Shown piece by piece: positions 23,668-37,992 of a stretch of DNA of 64,000 bases; position 1 is the stretch's first letter; each line of letters begins with the position of its first letter. A program made the position numbers and the translations under genes. This DNA is from Squalus acanthias (Eukaryota): NCBI GenBank assembly GCA_030390025.1, contig JASTWF010000347.1, positions 1-64,000 of the forward strand, read 5' to 3'. Under the pieces are notes generated by a model. The model saw only the letters and a program-made list of their open reading frames with translations. It did no database searches and was not told the DNA's origin.

Positions 23668-23920
23668 GTCAGGGAGCGTCTGTAAATGGAGGAGAAATGG
23701 TGACTGGTCAGGGCGCGTCTGTAAATGGAGGAGAAATTGTGACTGGTCAGGGAGCGTCTGTAAATGGAGTAGAAATGGTGACTGGTCAGGGAGCGTCTGT
23801 AAATGGAGGAGAAATGGTGACTGGTCAGGGAGCGTCTGTAAGTGGAGGAGAAATGGTGACTGTTCAGGGAGCGTCTGTAAATGGAGGAAAAATTGTGACT
23901 GTTCAGGGAGCGTCTGTAAA
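23668..23920. repeat. 39-bp minisatellite, ~6.5 copies
   Basis: CAGGGAGCGTCTGTAAATGGAGGAGAAATGGTGACTGGT units. Confidence 0.93.
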
Positions 23921-24295
23921 CTGCTATAATAAGAGTCAATGAATGGAAATGACCCACAGACTGAATCAGCGCTTTAAGGAGAGGAAGAGAGAAAATCTGG
24001 AGAGGAGAAAAGAAATAGTAGGAGAGCGAGCGATGAATCTCGAACAATGACCAGAGAGCGGGAGGAGTGTGGCGGATGGGGGATTTACAGCTTTGGGGGA
24101 ACGAAAAGAGAAAGAATGTTCCTTAGCAACTAAATTGTCTGTTCTGCATATCTACCTTGTATTTACAGTGATGACTTTTGTAAACTCCTTTTACAGGGTG
24201 TTAGAAGGGGAGGATTTGCAGACGGCAAACTCAAACCAAACATCTCGTCACGATCTTACAGAATCACTCAATTCGTATGTGATTGGCCTCTGATT

Positions 24296-25303
24296 ATGGA
24301 AGGAGAAATATTTGTCTGTTCTGTCTGTGGCAAAAGATTTAAATCATCATTGAGGCTGGAAAAGCACCGAGACACACACACCCGAGTGTTCCAGTGCACT
24401 GACTGTGGAAAGAGCTTTAACCAGTTAGACAGCCTGAAAAAACATCGCACCATTCACAGCGGGGAGAAACCGTACACGTGTACTGTGTGTGGACGAAGCT
24501 TCAACCGATCATCCAATCTGTTGAGACACAAGGACACCCACAGTTTGGAGAAACGGTATAAATGTGGGGACTGTGGGAAGGGATTTGCTTCCCCATCAGA
24601 ACTGGAATCTCATCGGCGTAGTCACAGCGGGGAGAGGCCGTTCACCTGCTCTGTGTGTGGGAAGGGATTCATGACATCATCCAGTCTTCAGAAACATCAG
24701 CGTATTCATACTGGAGAGAGGCCATTCACCTGCTCTGTGTGTGGCAAGGGATTCACTCAGACATCCAGCCTGCTGGGACACCAACGAGTTCATACCGGAG
24801 AGAGGCCGTTTACCTGCTCCGTGTGTGGGAAGGGATTCAGTCTCTCCTCCACCCTACTGAAACACCAGCGAGTTCACACCAGGGAGAGGCCATTCACCTG
24901 CTCCATGTGTGGGAAGGGATTTACACTGTCAGACAACCTTCTCATACACGAGCGAGTTCACACTGGGGAGAGGCCGTTCATTTGCCCAGTGTGTGGGAAG
25001 GGATTCACTACTTCATCCAACCTTCTAACACACCAACGTATTCACACTGATAACCGACCTTTTAAATGTTCTGATTGTGAGACAGGCTTTAAAAGCAAAC
25101 AGGAACTGGTGACACACCAACGCACTCACACCGGGGAGAAGCCGTTCACCTGCACTGAATGTGGGAAGAGATTCACTACATTATCCCAACTTCTAACACA
25201 CCAGCGAGCTCATACAGGAGAGAGGCCGTTCACCTGCTCCGTGTGTGGGAAGAGATTCACTCGCTCGTCCAACCTTCGGAAACACCAGCGAGTTCACATA
25301 TGA
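24296..25303 (+). CDS. ZNF-E, 12 C2H2 fingers; the only paralog with fingers 1-3 fully open
   Basis: ATG-initiated 335-aa ORF; acceptor at 24196. Confidence 0.9.
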   Translation: MEGEIFVCSVCGKRFKSSLRLEKHRDTHTRVFQCTDCGKSFNQLDSLKKHRTIHSGEKPYTCTVCGRSFNRSSNLLRHKDTHSLEKRYKCGDCGKGFASPSELESHRRSHSGERPFTCSVCGKGFMTSSSLQKHQRIHTGERPFTCSVCGKGFTQTSSLLGHQRVHTGERPFTCSVCGKGFSLSSTLLKHQRVHTRERPFTCSMCGKGFTLSDNLLIHERVHTGERPFICPVCGKGFTTSSNLLTHQRIHTDNRPFKCSDCETGFKSKQELVTHQRTHTGEKPFTCTECGKRFTTLSQLLTHQRAHTGERPFTCSVCGKRFTRSSNLRKHQRVHI

Positions 25304-25349
25304 TTTCAGGGGTTGGATTCCGCTGTTATTGGTGCTGTTAATCACATCC

Positions 25350-25943
25350 AACAACAACAACTTGCATTTATATAGTGCCTTTAACATAGGACAATGTCCC
25401 AAGGCACTGCACAGGAGCATTATCAAACAGAATTTGACACAGAGCCACTTAAGGAGTTATTAGGACAGATGACCAATAGCTCGGTCAAAGAGGTAGGTTT
25501 TAAAGAGCGTCTTAAAGGAGGAGAGAGAGGTACAGAGTCGGAGAGGATTAGAGAGGGAATTCCAGAGCTTAGGGCCCAGGCAGCTGAAGGCACGGCTGCC
25601 AATGGTGGAGAGATTCATATCAGGGATGCACAAGAGGCCAGAATTGGAGGAGCGCAGATACCTCGGAGGGTTGTAGTGCTGGAGGAGGTTACAGAGATAG
25701 GGAGGGACGAGGCTATGGAGGGATTTGAAAACATGGGTGAGAATTTGGACCAGGAGCCAATGTAGGTCAGCGGGCACAGGGGTGATCGGTGAGTGGGACT
25801 TGGTGCGAGTTAGGACACTGGCAGCAGAGTTTTGGATGAGCTCAAGTTTACGGAGGGTGCAGTGTGGGAGGCCGGTCAGGAGAGCGTTGGAATAGTCGAG
25901 TCTCGAGGTAACTGAGGCACGGAAGAGGGTTTCAGCATCGGAT
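25350..25943 (-). mobile_element. L2 LINE 3' fragment inserted in the ZNF-E 3' UTR
   Basis: LHWL..FKSLH..PPYL..LRSS..GSRAFS..PKLWNSL peptide and (TTG)n tail; the UTR resumes at ~25945. Confidence 0.85.
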
Positions 25944-26549
25944 GTTTATTCTGGCAGTTGGGGTTTGTTTCTGCTGATGTTAATAACGTCTATCATTTAC
26001 TGGAGTTTAATATTCTGGATATGTGTTTAATAAATCAGCTTTGTTTCAATCACGGTGTCAACTGCTTGATGTCTTCAAGGTAAGAGACTAATTGATGTCC
26101 CAGTTACTGATAATTTGTGCTTTTGCTCCTTTCTAACTCGAGATTATTTCAGTTCTCATACCTTTGGTTACTCCCAGCTCCCCATAACTTCCAGAGTGCC
26201 TCTCCCAGCCTTGGTATCCAGGGAAGGTATCGGGAACATGCTCGGGATCACTAAACATAAAACCCAGTCTGTTAATCACTTTCAGCTACTGGACTTAGCG
26301 TGTGTCCCACAGCATCTCTCTCACCTTCGATGTGTAAATAGAGCATCACGCCTGCAAACCTGGTTTAAATTTAAATCCACTCAGCAAATTAAACAAAAGA
26401 CAAACAAGTAAACACATCACGGCCCAATAATCCAGCTCTATATTCACAGGAGAAAGTCTGTTATCTAACTCCTCGAGTGGATGGAATAAAGAAAGATCCC
26501 AAATGTAAGGGCCCCTTGAATCCATTGTAAATACTTTCCAAATCCTGAC

Positions 26550-28360
26550 AGTAATCAAGAAGGCTAATGGACTGTCGGCCTTTATCTTCAGGGGGTTGGA
26601 ATACAGAAGCGATGCTCCAGTTGTACAGAGCTTTGGTCAGACCCATCTGGAGAACTGGGCGCTGAACCTCAGGAAAGATACGTTGGCCTTGGAAAAGGTA
26701 CAGCGCAGGTTCAGCGGAGTGATACTGGCTGAGGGAGAGAAAGCAGAGAGTGGTGGTGAACGGTGTGTGGAAGAATGAGAGGCAACATGTGTCAAGGGGT
26801 ATGGGGAGAGAGCGGGAATATGGTATTGAGATAGAGGATCAGCCATGATCATATTGAATGGCGGAGCAGGCTTGAAGGGCCGAATGGCCTACTCCTGCTC
26901 CTATTTTTCTATGTTTCTATGTCAGTAGAATAACACTAATGAAGAAAATAATGGCACTAAAGAATGACAAATCCCCAGGACCAAATGGTTTCCATCCCAG
27001 GGTTTTTAAAGGAAGTAGGTGAGCACATTGCAGATGCCCTAACTATAATCTTCCAAAGTTCTCTAGATTCAAGAACTGTCCCTTTAGATTGGAAAATTGT
27101 GCATGTCACTCCGCTGTTTAAGAATGGCGAGAGAGGGAAACCAGGGAATTATAGACCACTTAGCCTAACATCTGTTGACGAACCTGATTGAATTTTTTGA
27201 ATAGGTGACTAATGTAGCGGATAATGTTATTTATATGGACTTCCAGAAGGCATTTGATAAAATCCCTCAAAAGAGACTGTTAGCTAAAGTTGAAGCTCAG
27301 GCAATTGACGGCAAATTATTGACCTGGTTAAGAAATTGGCTGAGCGGCAGGAGACAGAGTGGGGATAATGGGCAGGTACTCTAATTGGCAGGATGTGACT
27401 AGTGGTGTCCCACAGGGATCTGTGTTGGGGTCTTAACTATTCACCGTATTTATTCACAGCTTAGATCATGAGATCGAGAGCCACATATCCAAGTTTGCCG
27501 ATGACACAAAGGGAGGCAGCAGTGTAGATGGAAGCATAAGATGATAAAGAGATATTAATAGATTAAGTGAATGGGCCAAACTGTGGCAAATGGATTTCAA
27601 TATAGGCAAGTGTGAGGTCATCCACTTTGGACCAAAAAAGGATAGAACAGGGGGCTTTCTAAATGGTGAAAAGCTAGAAACAGTGGAGGTCCAAAGAGAC
27701 TTGGGGATCCAGGTACATAGATCATTAAAATGTCATGAACAGGTGCAGAAAATAATCAAAAAGGTTAATGGAATGCTGGCCTTTATATCTAGTGGACTAG
27801 AATACAAGGGGGTAGAAGTTATGCTGCAGATATACAAAAACCTGGTTAGACCACACCTGGAGTACTGAGAGCAGTTCTGGGCACCACACCTTAGGAAGGC
27901 TATATTGGCCTTGGAGGGAGTGCAGCGTAGGTTTACCAGAATGATACCCGGACTTCAAGGGTTAAGTTACAAGGAGAGATTACACAAATTAGGGTTATAT
28001 TCCCTGGAATTTAGAAGGTTAAGGGGTGATTTGATCGAAGTTTTCAAGATATTAAGGGGAACTGATAGGGTAGATAGAGAGAAACTATTTCCACTGGTTG
28101 GGGATTCTAGGACTCGGGGACAGAGTGTAAAAATTAGAGCCAGACCTTTCAGGAGTGAAGTTAGGAAACACTTCGACACACAAAGGGTGGTAGAAGTTTG
28201 GAACTCTCTTCCACAAACAGCAGTTGGTGCGAGATCAATTGTTAATTTTAAATCGGAGATTGATAGATTTTTGTTAACCAAAGGTATTAAGGACTATGGG
28301 GCAAAGGTGGGTCTATGGAGTGAGGTCACAGGTCAGCCTTGATCTCATTGAATGGCCAAC
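26550..28360 (+). mobile_element. Several degraded CR1 fragments
   Basis: ORF2 peptides (NYRPLSLTS, LYSLEFRRLRGDLIE) with stops; one tail at ~26785-26920. Confidence 0.88.
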
Positions 28361-28584
28361 TCCTAGAATCACAGAAACATACAGCACAGAAGGACATTCC
28401 ACCTGTCATGCCTGTGTCTCTGAAGGAGCAGTCGTGCTCAGTCCCACACACACACTTTTTGTCCATAACCCTGTAAATTTGTCATCCTCAAGTACCTGTC
28501 CAGTACCCTTTTAAAATTATTTATGGATTCAGGTTCCACGGCCTTTTCAGGTCGAGCGTTCCAGATCCCGACAACTCTCGGCTG

Positions 28585-28870
28585 GTACAGAATTTGTTGA
28601 GCTCGATGTTGAGTCCGGAAGGCTGTAAAGTGCCCAATCGAAAGATGAGGTGCTGTTCCTCGAGCTTCATTGGAACTGTGTAGGAGGCCGAGGTCAGAGA
28701 GGGAGTGGGACGGAGAATTAAAATGGCAAGCGACCGGAAGCTCAGGGTGAAGCTTGCGGACTGGACGGAGGTGTTCAGCAAAAGGATCACCCAATGTGTA
28801 GAGGAGACCACATCGTGAGCAGCGAATACAATATACTAAATTGAAAGGAGTACCAGTAAATCACTGTTTG
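28585..28870 (-). mobile_element. Penelope-like GIY-YIG endonuclease fragment
   Basis: Frameshifted NLVYCIRCSRCGLLY...FAEHLR..PVACHFNSPSH..KLEEQHLIFRLGTLQPSGLN. Confidence 0.8.
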
Positions 28871-29091
28871 GTTTCATCCCAAGAAACCTAGAGAATAGCC
28901 CGAAGAGGGTGACTTTATTTGAAAAGTAAAGGTTACAGATTAAAGCAAACAGATTGCCAGGATATTAATAACGCCTATAACTGGGCTGGAGTTTAATATT
29001 AGCAGAAACAAACCCCAACTGTCAGAATGAAGATGGTTCAGTCCTGGGTTTGATTAACAGCAGCAATAATAGCAGAATCCAACCCCCGCAG

Positions 29092-30379
29092 TCACTTGTG
29101 AACTCGCTGGTGTCTCAGCAGGGTGAAAGACTGATTGAATCCCTTCCCACACACAGAGCAGGTGAATGGCCTCTCCTCTGCGTGAACTCGCTGGTGTCTC
29201 AGCAGGTGGTGTGACCGAGTGAATTTCTTCCCACACTCGGAGCAGGTAAACGGTCTCTCCCCGGTGTGAACTCGCTGGTGTCTCACCAGGGTGTATGACA
29301 GAGGGAATCCCATCCCACACATGGAGCAGGTGAACGGCCTCTCCCCAGTGTGACTGCGTTGGTGTCTCAGCAGACCATTAGTGCTTTTAAAGCTCTTCTC
29401 ACAGTAAGAACATTTAAAAGGTCTGTTATCAGTGTGAACTCGCTGGTGTGCCAGGAGGTTTGATGAAGCATTAAATCCCTTCCCACATTCAATGCAGGTG
29501 AATGGCCTCTCCCCAGTGTGAACTTGCTTGTGTACAGTGAGGTGGGATGACTGAGTGAATCCCTTCCCACACACGGAGCAGTTGAATGGCCTCTCCCCAG
29601 TGTGAACTCGCTGGTGTCTCAGATGTTGGGAAGAACCAATGAATCCCTTCCCACACACGGAGCAGGTGAACGGCCTCTCCCCAGTGTGAACTCGCTGGTG
29701 TACAATGAGGTTGCATGAATGCCTGAACCTCTTCCCACAGTGAGAGCAACTGAACGGTCTCTCGTCAGTATGAACTCGCTGATGTTGAATTAGTCCCTCA
29801 GAACTTTTAAAGCAGTTCCCACAATCAGCACATTTAAAAGGTCTCTCATCACTGTGAACTCGCTGGTGTGATCGGAGCGCAGATGAGCGAATGAATCCCT
29901 TCCCACACACGGAGCAGGTGAACGGCCTCTCCCCAGTGTGACTACGTCGATGAGTTTCCAGCTGGGACGGGGAGCTGAATCCCTTCCCACAGTCCCCACA
30001 TTTCCACGGTTTCTCCCTGGTGCGGGTGTCCTTGTGTCTCTCCAGGTTGGACGATCAGTTGAAACCTCGTCCACACACAGAACACGTGTACGGTTTCTCC
30101 CCGCTGTGAATGGTGCGATGTTTTTTCAGGCTGTGTAACTGGTTAAAGCTCTTTCCACAGTCAGTGCACTGGAACACTCTCACTCGGGTGTGTGTGTCTC
30201 GGTGCTTTTCCAGTTACACTGATGTTTGAAATCTTTTCCCAGATAGAACAGACATACATTTCTCCTTCCACATTCAAAGGCCGATGATATTCAGGTCCTG
30301 ATGAATGGAGTGACTCTGTCAGATCTTCACGTGATGTTTGGTTGAGTTTCCCGTCTGTAAATCCTCCCCTTCTAATACC
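29092..30379 (-). CDS. ZNF-F: stop-containing leader fingers, then 11 open fingers (gene or pseudogene)
   Basis: Acceptor at 30379; TAA at 30216-30214 and TGA at 30057-30055; open to HQRVHK*. Confidence 0.7.
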
Positions 30380-30699
30380 CTGTAAAAGGAGTTTATAAAA
30401 GTCATCACTGTAATTACAGGATAGAAATTCAGAACAGACAATTCTAGTTTCTGTGGAACATTCTATCCTCTCTTATTCCCACAAACCTGTGGTCCAATCA
30501 AACTAAAAGAAGCCAAAATAAGCAACAAAGTCCCAACAAAAGCAAAGGAACCTTTCCAACTAAACCAGAATGTTGTTACCAGTGTCTGAGAGACACTCTG
30601 TACCCGGAGGTACCCACCGGTCGAGGAAGGCATCAAGTGAACCAGTGGACACCGCCTGCTCCCTCTCCAGGGCCACCCCGGGCATGGACAAGACAAAAG

Positions 30700-32128
30700 A
30701 TGATAAGAATTAGGCGCAGGAGTAGGCCATACGGCCCCTCGAGCCTGCTCCGCCATTTAATAAGATCATGGCTGATCATCGACCTCAACTCCACCTTCCT
30801 GCCGGATCTCCATAACCTTTGATTCCCCATGAGTCCAAAAATCTCTCTCTCTCTCAGCCTTAAATATACTCAAGAATTCAGCATTCACAGCCCTCTGGGG
30901 TAGAGAATTCCAACAATTCACAACCCTCTGAGTGAAGAAATTCCTACTCATCTCAGTCTTAAATGGCCGACCCCTTATCCTGAGACTATGCCCCCTAGTT
31001 CTAGACACTCCAGCCAGGAAACAACCTCTCAGCATCTACCCTGTCAATCCCCCTCATAATCTGGTATGTTTCAATGAGATCACCTCTCATTCTTCTAAAC
31101 TCCAGAGAGTGTAGGCCCATTCTACACAATCTCTCATCATAGGACAGCCCTCTCATCCCAAGAATCAATCTCGTGAACCTTCGTTGCACCGCCTCCAAGG
31201 CAAGCATATCCTTCCTTAGATAAGGAGACCAAAACTGTGCACAGTACTCCAGGTGTGGTCTCACCAAGGCCCTGTACAATTGTAGCAAGACTTCCTTACT
31301 TTTGTACTCCAACCACCTTGCAATAAAGGCCAACATGCCAATTGCCTTCCGAATGCTGTACCTGCATGCTAGCTCTCTGTGTTTCCTGTACGATGACACC
31401 TAAATCTCTCTGAACACCAACATTTATTAGTTTATCATTTAAAAAAATATTGTTTTTCTATTCTTCCTACCAAAGTGAATAACCTCACATTTCCCTACAT
31501 TATACTCCATCTGCCACCTTACTGCCCACTCACTTAACCTGTCTATATCCCTTTGCAGGCTCTTTGTGTCCTCCTCACAGCTTACTGTCCCACCTAGCTT
31601 TGTATTGTCAGCAAACCTGGATACATTAAACTCAGTCCTTTCATCCAAGTCATTAATATAGATTGTAAATAGCTGAGGCCCAAGCACTGATCCTTGCGGC
31701 ACTCCACTAGCTACAGCCTGCCAACCTGAAAATAATTAGTTTATCCCTACTCTCTGTTTTCTGTCCGTTAACCAATCAACCAATCCTCTATTCATGCTAA
31801 TATATTACCCCCAATTCCCTGAACTCTTACCTTGCATAGCAACATTTTATGTGGCGCCAAATCAAATGCCTTTTGCAAATCCAAATATACTACATCCACT
31901 GGTTCCCCTTTATCCACCCTGCTAGTTAGTTATATGCTCAAAAATCTCTAATAAACTTGTTAAACACGATTTCCCTTTCATAAAACCATGTTGACTCTGC
32001 CTAATCATATTATGATTTTCTAAGTGCCCTGTTATCACTTCCTTAATAATGGATTCCAGCATTTTCCCAATGACTGATGTCAGGCTAACTGTCCTGTAGT
32101 TCCCTGTTTTCTCTCTCCCTCCTTTCTT
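30700..32128 (-). mobile_element. CR1 RT to 3' tail fragment
   Basis: Frameshifted RT motifs and tail. Confidence 0.92.
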
Positions 32129-32494
32129 GACCACGGAAGAGAGGCAGGCAGGCAGAGCGACCTCTCCCCCATGGGCCCCGCCCATCCTGGGCCTACAAAT
32201 TGCTGTTTTCGCCAGGCCCAAGAGCAGGTCCAGGAGAAGATCCTCCGACTTACCCACCCCCCTCCGCACCGGGCGGGCAGAGATTAGGCGCGTGGGGCTA
32301 AAGTGTAACCAAGAGTTGAGGAGCAGCCCCTTCAGGTAACTACAGGGGCTGTAACCTCTCACACTGAATATATACACGGCCCATGGACTCCTCTAGGCCG
32401 CAAACATCACATGCGGCCTGGGAGTGGGTGAAGGAGATTAAAAACCTGTTGCCCAGGATGTTCCATCTCCCGGGCACTGGGACCCGGTTGGGAA

Positions 32495-32900
32495 CAGAGA
32501 CCCTGAAGCCCCGCCCACTCTCTGTTCCTGGCCAAGATGGCCGCGCATGCGCCGTGACCCCGCCCTGTCCAAGATGGCGGCCAGTGACCCCGCTGACTCG
32601 GGCGACCGGGCCTGTCACCGCGGAGCAAACACGAGGCCTGTGGGCTCTTATTCGGGGCCTGAGGCCTACACCAGGTGTTTATGAAGCTTCCCAGCCCGCC
32701 CGCGGGTCTAATTCCTCCCCGAGCCCACAATCTCCTACCACCTTCAAGGACCGTCTCTTCCGCTTCAGACCAGCGACCCACTGGCACTGCGCATGCTCAG
32801 AGCACAATCCTGTCCAGCGCCTGCGCACTGGGCTCCTGCAGTCATTCTGCCGCGCAGGGGTGTCTGGGTAAACAACCCGCCATTGACAGCTCCAGTTGTT
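32495..32900. promoter_or_regulatory. CpG-rich promoter-like block (paralog ~50435-50870)
   Basis: GC boxes, CAAGATGGCGG (YY1-like) and GCGCATGCGC (NRF1-like), upstream of ZNF-F. Confidence 0.55.
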
Positions 32901-33081
32901 GAACAGAATTTTTTTGTCAACCCATCGAGTTTGGGGCCGGATGGGAAATAAATAAAAGTAATAAATATTTTTTTTCTTAAAACAGTGCCCGAACCCTGTA
33001 GGATGCACAATCTGCAAGATGACCAAAATCAGGCCGTTTGGATTCAAGGGCCAGTGAACAGAATGGATGGAAATTCCGCTA

Positions 33082-33570
33082 CATAGAAACATAGAAAAAT
33101 AGGAGCAGGAGTAGGCTATTCGGCCCTTCCAGCCTGCTCCGCCATTCAATATGATCATGGCTGATCCTCTATCTCAATACCATATTCCCACTCTCTCCCC
33201 ATACCCCTTGATGCCTTTTGTGTCTAAAAATCTATCTATCTCCTTCTTAAATATATTCAGTGACTTGGCCTCCATAGCCTTTTGTGGTAGCGGATTCCAC
33301 AGGTTCACCACCCTCTGAGTGAAGAAATTTCTCCTAATCTCAGTCCTAAATGTCCTACCCCGTATCCTGAGACTGTGACCCCTCGTTCTAGAACACCCCC
33401 CCCCCCCCCCCCACCACAGCCAGGGGAAACATCCTCCCGGCATCCAGTCTGTCTAGCCCTGTCAGAATTTTATACGTTTCAATGAGATCTCCTCTCATTC
33501 TTCTAAACTCTAGTGAATACAGGCCTAGTCGACCCAATCTCTCCTCATACGACAGTCCTGTCATCCCAGG
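33082..33570 (-). mobile_element. CR1 3' fragment
   Basis: [18 protein letters not shown]; (TTTCTATG)n tail. Confidence 0.92.
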
Positions 33571-35350
33571 ATAACTAAAGAAAGGGTAGGGCCTATTAGA
33601 GATCATGAGCGTAATCTGTGTATGGAGGCGGGAGATGTCGGTAGGGTTCTTAATGAATACTTTGCGTCTGTTTCCACAAAGGAGAGGGGCGAAGCAGACA
33701 TTGTTATTAGGGGGGAGAAGTGTGAAATATTAGATGAAATAAACATAATGAGAGAGGAAGTATTAAGGGATTTAGCAGCTTTAAAAGTGGATAAATCCCC
33801 AGGCCCGGATGAAATGTATCCCAGGCTGTTAAGCGAAGCAAAAGAGGAAATAGCAGAGGCCCTGACCATCATTTTTCAATCCTCTCTGGCTTCAGGTGTG
33901 GTGCCGGAGGACTGTTAATGTGGTACCCTTGTTTAAAAAGAGAGAAAAGGATAGACTGAGTAATTACAGGCCAGTCAGCCTAACCTCGGTGGTGGGAAAA
34001 TTATTGGAAAGAATTCTGAAGGACAGGATAAATCTTCATTTAGAAAGACACGGATTAATCAAGGATAGTCAGCACGGATTTGTTAAGGGAAGGTCATGTC
34101 TGACAAACTTGATTGAATTTTTTGAGGAGGTTACAAGGAGGGTAGATGAGGGTAGTACATTTGATGTAGTGTATATGGACTTTAGCAAGGCTTTTGATAA
34201 GGTTCCACATGGCAGACTGGTCACGAAGTTAAAATCCCATGGGATCCAGGGCAAAGTGTCAAGTTGGATTCAAAACTGGCTCGGAGACAGGAAGCAGAGG
34301 GTAATGGTTGATGGGTGTTTTTGTGACTGGAAGGCTGTTTCCAGTGGGGTTCCAAAGGGCTCAGTACTAGGTCCCTTGCTTTTTGTGGTATATATCAACG
34401 ATCTTGACAAATATAGGGGGTATGATTAAGAAGTTTGCAGATGATACTAAAATCGGCTGTGTGCTTGATACTGAAGAAGGAAGCTGTAGACTGCAGGAAG
34501 ATATCAATAAATTGGTCAGGTGGGCAGAACAGTGGCAAATGGAATTCAATCCGGAGAAGTGTGAGGTAATGCATTTGGGGAGGGCTAACAAGGAAAGGGA
34601 ATACACATTAAATGGTAGGACACTGAGTAGTGTAGAGGAACAAAGGAACCTTGGAGTGCATGTCCACAGATCCCTGAAGGTAGCAGGCCAAGTAGATAAG
34701 GTGGTTAAGAAGGCATACGGAATGCTTGCCTTTATTAGCCGTGGCATAGAATATAAGAGCAGGGGGGTTATGCTTCAACTGTATAAAACACTAGTTAGGA
34801 CTCAGCTAGAGTCCTGCGTGCAGTTCTGGTCACCACATTACAGGAAAGATGTGATTGCACTAGAGAGGGTACAGAGGAGATTTACAAGGATGTTGCCGGG
34901 AGTAGAGAATCTTAGCTATGAGGAAAGACTGGATAGGCTGTGTCTGTTTTCCTTGGAAAATAGGAGGCTGAGGGGTGACCTTATTGAGGTGTATAAAATT
35001 ATGAGGGGCATAAAGTGGATAGAAAGGACCTATTTCCCTTAGCAGAGGGGTCAAAAACCAGGGGGCACAGATTTAAAGTAATTGGGGGAAGGTTTAGAGG
35101 GGATTTGAGGGGAAATTTCTTCACCCAGAGGGTTGTGGGGAACTCACTGCCTGAAAGGGTGGTAGAGGCAGGAACCCTAACCACATTTAAAAAGTACTTG
35201 GATGTGCACTTGGGATGCTCTAACCTGCAGGGCTACGGACCAAGAGCTGGGAAGTGGGATTAGGCTGGATAGCTCTTTGTTGGCCGGCGCGGACACGATG
35301 GGCCGAAATGGCCTCCTTCCGTGCTGTAACTTTCTATGATTCAATGATTC
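33571..35350 (+). mobile_element. 5'-truncated CR1 (RT to tail)
   Basis: Consecutive frameshifted ORF2 segments. Confidence 0.94.
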
Positions 35351-35399
35351 TTTATGATCAGCTGAAAATTTTCAAAGTGTTCAGTCCCCCTATCCTTAA

Positions 35400-36605
35400 T
35401 TATAAACCCTAGTAATTCTCCGACAACAGATGTTAAGCTAACTGGTCTCTAATCCCCTGGTTTCCCTCTCTCACCTTTCTGAAATAGCAGAGTGACATGC
35501 GCAATTTTCCAATCTGATGAAATGGTTACCAAATCAAGAGAACTTTGAAAGATTATAGTTTGGGTATCTGCAATGTTCTCACCTACTTCCTTTAAAACCC
35601 TGGCTTGGAAACCATCTAGTCCTGGGGATTTGTTACTCTTTAGTGCCATTATTTTCTTGTTATTTTGGTGAGTCCCCATCCCTGATTCAATATTAATTTC
35701 CTTGGGATGTCCGGCCTGCTGTCCTCTTCCACTCTGTCAATACTGACGCAAAATAATTATTCAACATATCTGCCTTTTCCTTATTAGAATCATAGAAGAT
35801 AGGAGCAGGAGTAGGCCATTCGGCCCCTCTAGCCTGCTCCGCCATTCAATGCGATCATGGCTGATCATCCAAATTCAGTACCCTGTCCCTGCTTTCTCCC
35901 CATATCCCTTGATCCCTTTAGCCTTAAGAAATATAGAATTTTCATTCACAATATCACCATCATCAGTTTTCAAGGGGCCCACATTGCTCCTGAACACCCT
36001 CTTTTTCCTAATATAATTGTAATAAAAATTGTGTTGATTTTGATAACCCTTACAGGTTTCTTTTCATACTCCCTTTTTGTAGCTCTTACTATCTGTTTTG
36101 TCACCCTTTGTTGTTCTTTGTATTTCTCCCATTCACCAGGATTTGTGCTATTTATTGCATTTTTGTGTACTTTTTCTTTTAGTTTTATGTTGTCCCTTCT
36201 CTCTTTAGTCGTCCATGGCTGTTTTTTTTTGGCAAGTAGAGCTCTTGCCCCTCAGGGGTATAAGCTGGTTCTGTATCACCTTAAATTATTTTTTGAACAC
36301 CTCCCACTGATCATCTGCTGTTTTACCCATTAACAGATTTGCCCAGTTTACTGTGGACAGTCTCTGTCTCATCCTGTTGAAGTTGCCCTGAACTAACACT
36401 AGAATCTTAGTAGCTGTTTCGCGTTTCTCCCTTTCAAACATAATGTGGAACTCGATCATGTTATCATCGCTGTTAGATAAATGTTCATGCACCGTGAGGC
36501 TGTTGACTAAATCTGGCTCATTACTAAATCTAATATGGCCTGCCCCCTTGTTGGTTCTAGGACATATTGTTGCATAAAATTATTCTGAACACATGCAAGA
36601 AATTC
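35400..36605 (-). mobile_element. Older CR1 fragments (endonuclease C-terminus/linker) with a nested tail
   Basis: QQYVLEPTRGQAILDLV, HLSNSDDNMIEF and KSPGLDGF peptides. Confidence 0.8.
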
Positions 36606-36953
36606 GCCAGAGATGACGATAGAGACCAAAGTGCCGTTTGCCCCTCTCATTGTGGCCCTGAAGGACTGTGTCCAGGCTGAAGTTCTGTTCCCGCCGTACG
36701 ATCCTTCCCCCAGATTGTCCTTTCTGAGCTCCAGCCAGGTGATGCTAAACACTCAGGTGGGAAAGACAAAAATCTACAACAATGTGTTGAAAACAAAACT
36801 GATTTATTTGACATCTAGCCAGAATATTAAACTCCAGCCCAGTTACAGGAGTTATTAACATCCGCAGAAACAAACCCCAACTGTCAGAATGAACATGGTT
36901 CAGTCCTGGATGTAATTAACAGCAGCAATAACAGCAGAATCCAACTCCTGCAC

Positions 36954-37992
36954 TCACTTGTGAACTCGCTGGTGTGCCAGCAGGTTGGATGACTGAGTGA
37001 ATCCCTTCCCACACACGGAGCAGGTGAACGGCCTCTCCCCAGTGTGAAGTCGCTGGTGTGTCAGCAGGCTGGAGTGCTGAGTGTATCCCTTCCCACACAC
37101 GGAGCAGATGAACGGCCTCTCCCCAGTGTGAACTCGTTGATGTCTCAGCAGGTTGCCGACCAGAGTGAATCCCTTCTCACATACGGAGCAAGTGAACGGC
37201 CTCTCCCCAGTGTGAACTCGGTGGTGTATCAAAAGGTCAGATGACTGAGTGAATCCCTTCTCACACACGGAGCAGGTGAACGGCCTCTCCCCAGTGTGAA
37301 CTCGCTGGTGTCTCACCAGCTCTGCAGAACTTTTAAAGCTGTCCCCACAGTCAGAGCATTTAAAAGGTCTCTCCCCAGTGTGAATGAGCTGGTGTGTTCG
37401 GAGCGGGGATGAGTGAGTGAATCCCTTCCCACACACAGAGCAGGTGAACGGTCTCTCCCCAGTGTGAACTCGCTGGTGTGTCAGCAAGTGGGATGACTGA
37501 GTGAATCCCTTCCCACATATGGAGCAGGTGAACGGCCTCTCCCCTGTGTGACTGCGTCGATGAGTTTCCAGCTGGTACGGGTAATTGAATCCCTTCCCAC
37601 AGTCCCCACATTTCCAGGGTTTCTCCGTGGTGCGGGTGTCCTTGTGTCTCTCCAGTTTGGACGATCAGTTGAAACCTCGTCCACACACAGAACACGTGTA
37701 CGGTTTCTCCCCGCTGTGAACGGTGCGATGTTTATTCAGACTGTGTAACTGGTTAAAGCTCTTTCCACAGTCAGTGCACTGGAATACTCTCACTCGGGTG
37801 TGTGTGTCTCGGTGCTTTTCCAGTCACACTGATGTTTGAAATCTTTTCCCACAGACAGAACAGACAAACATTTCTCCTTCCACATTCAGAGGCCGTTGAT
37901 ATTCGGGTCCTGATGAATGGAGTGACTCTGTCAGATCTTGATGTGATGTTTGGTTTGAGTTTGCGGTGTGTAAATGCTGCCCTTCTCACAGC
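36954..37992 (-). CDS. ZNF-G: stop-containing leader, then 8 open fingers (gene or pseudogene)
   Basis: Acceptor at 37992; TGA at 37826-37824 and 37667-37665. Confidence 0.7.
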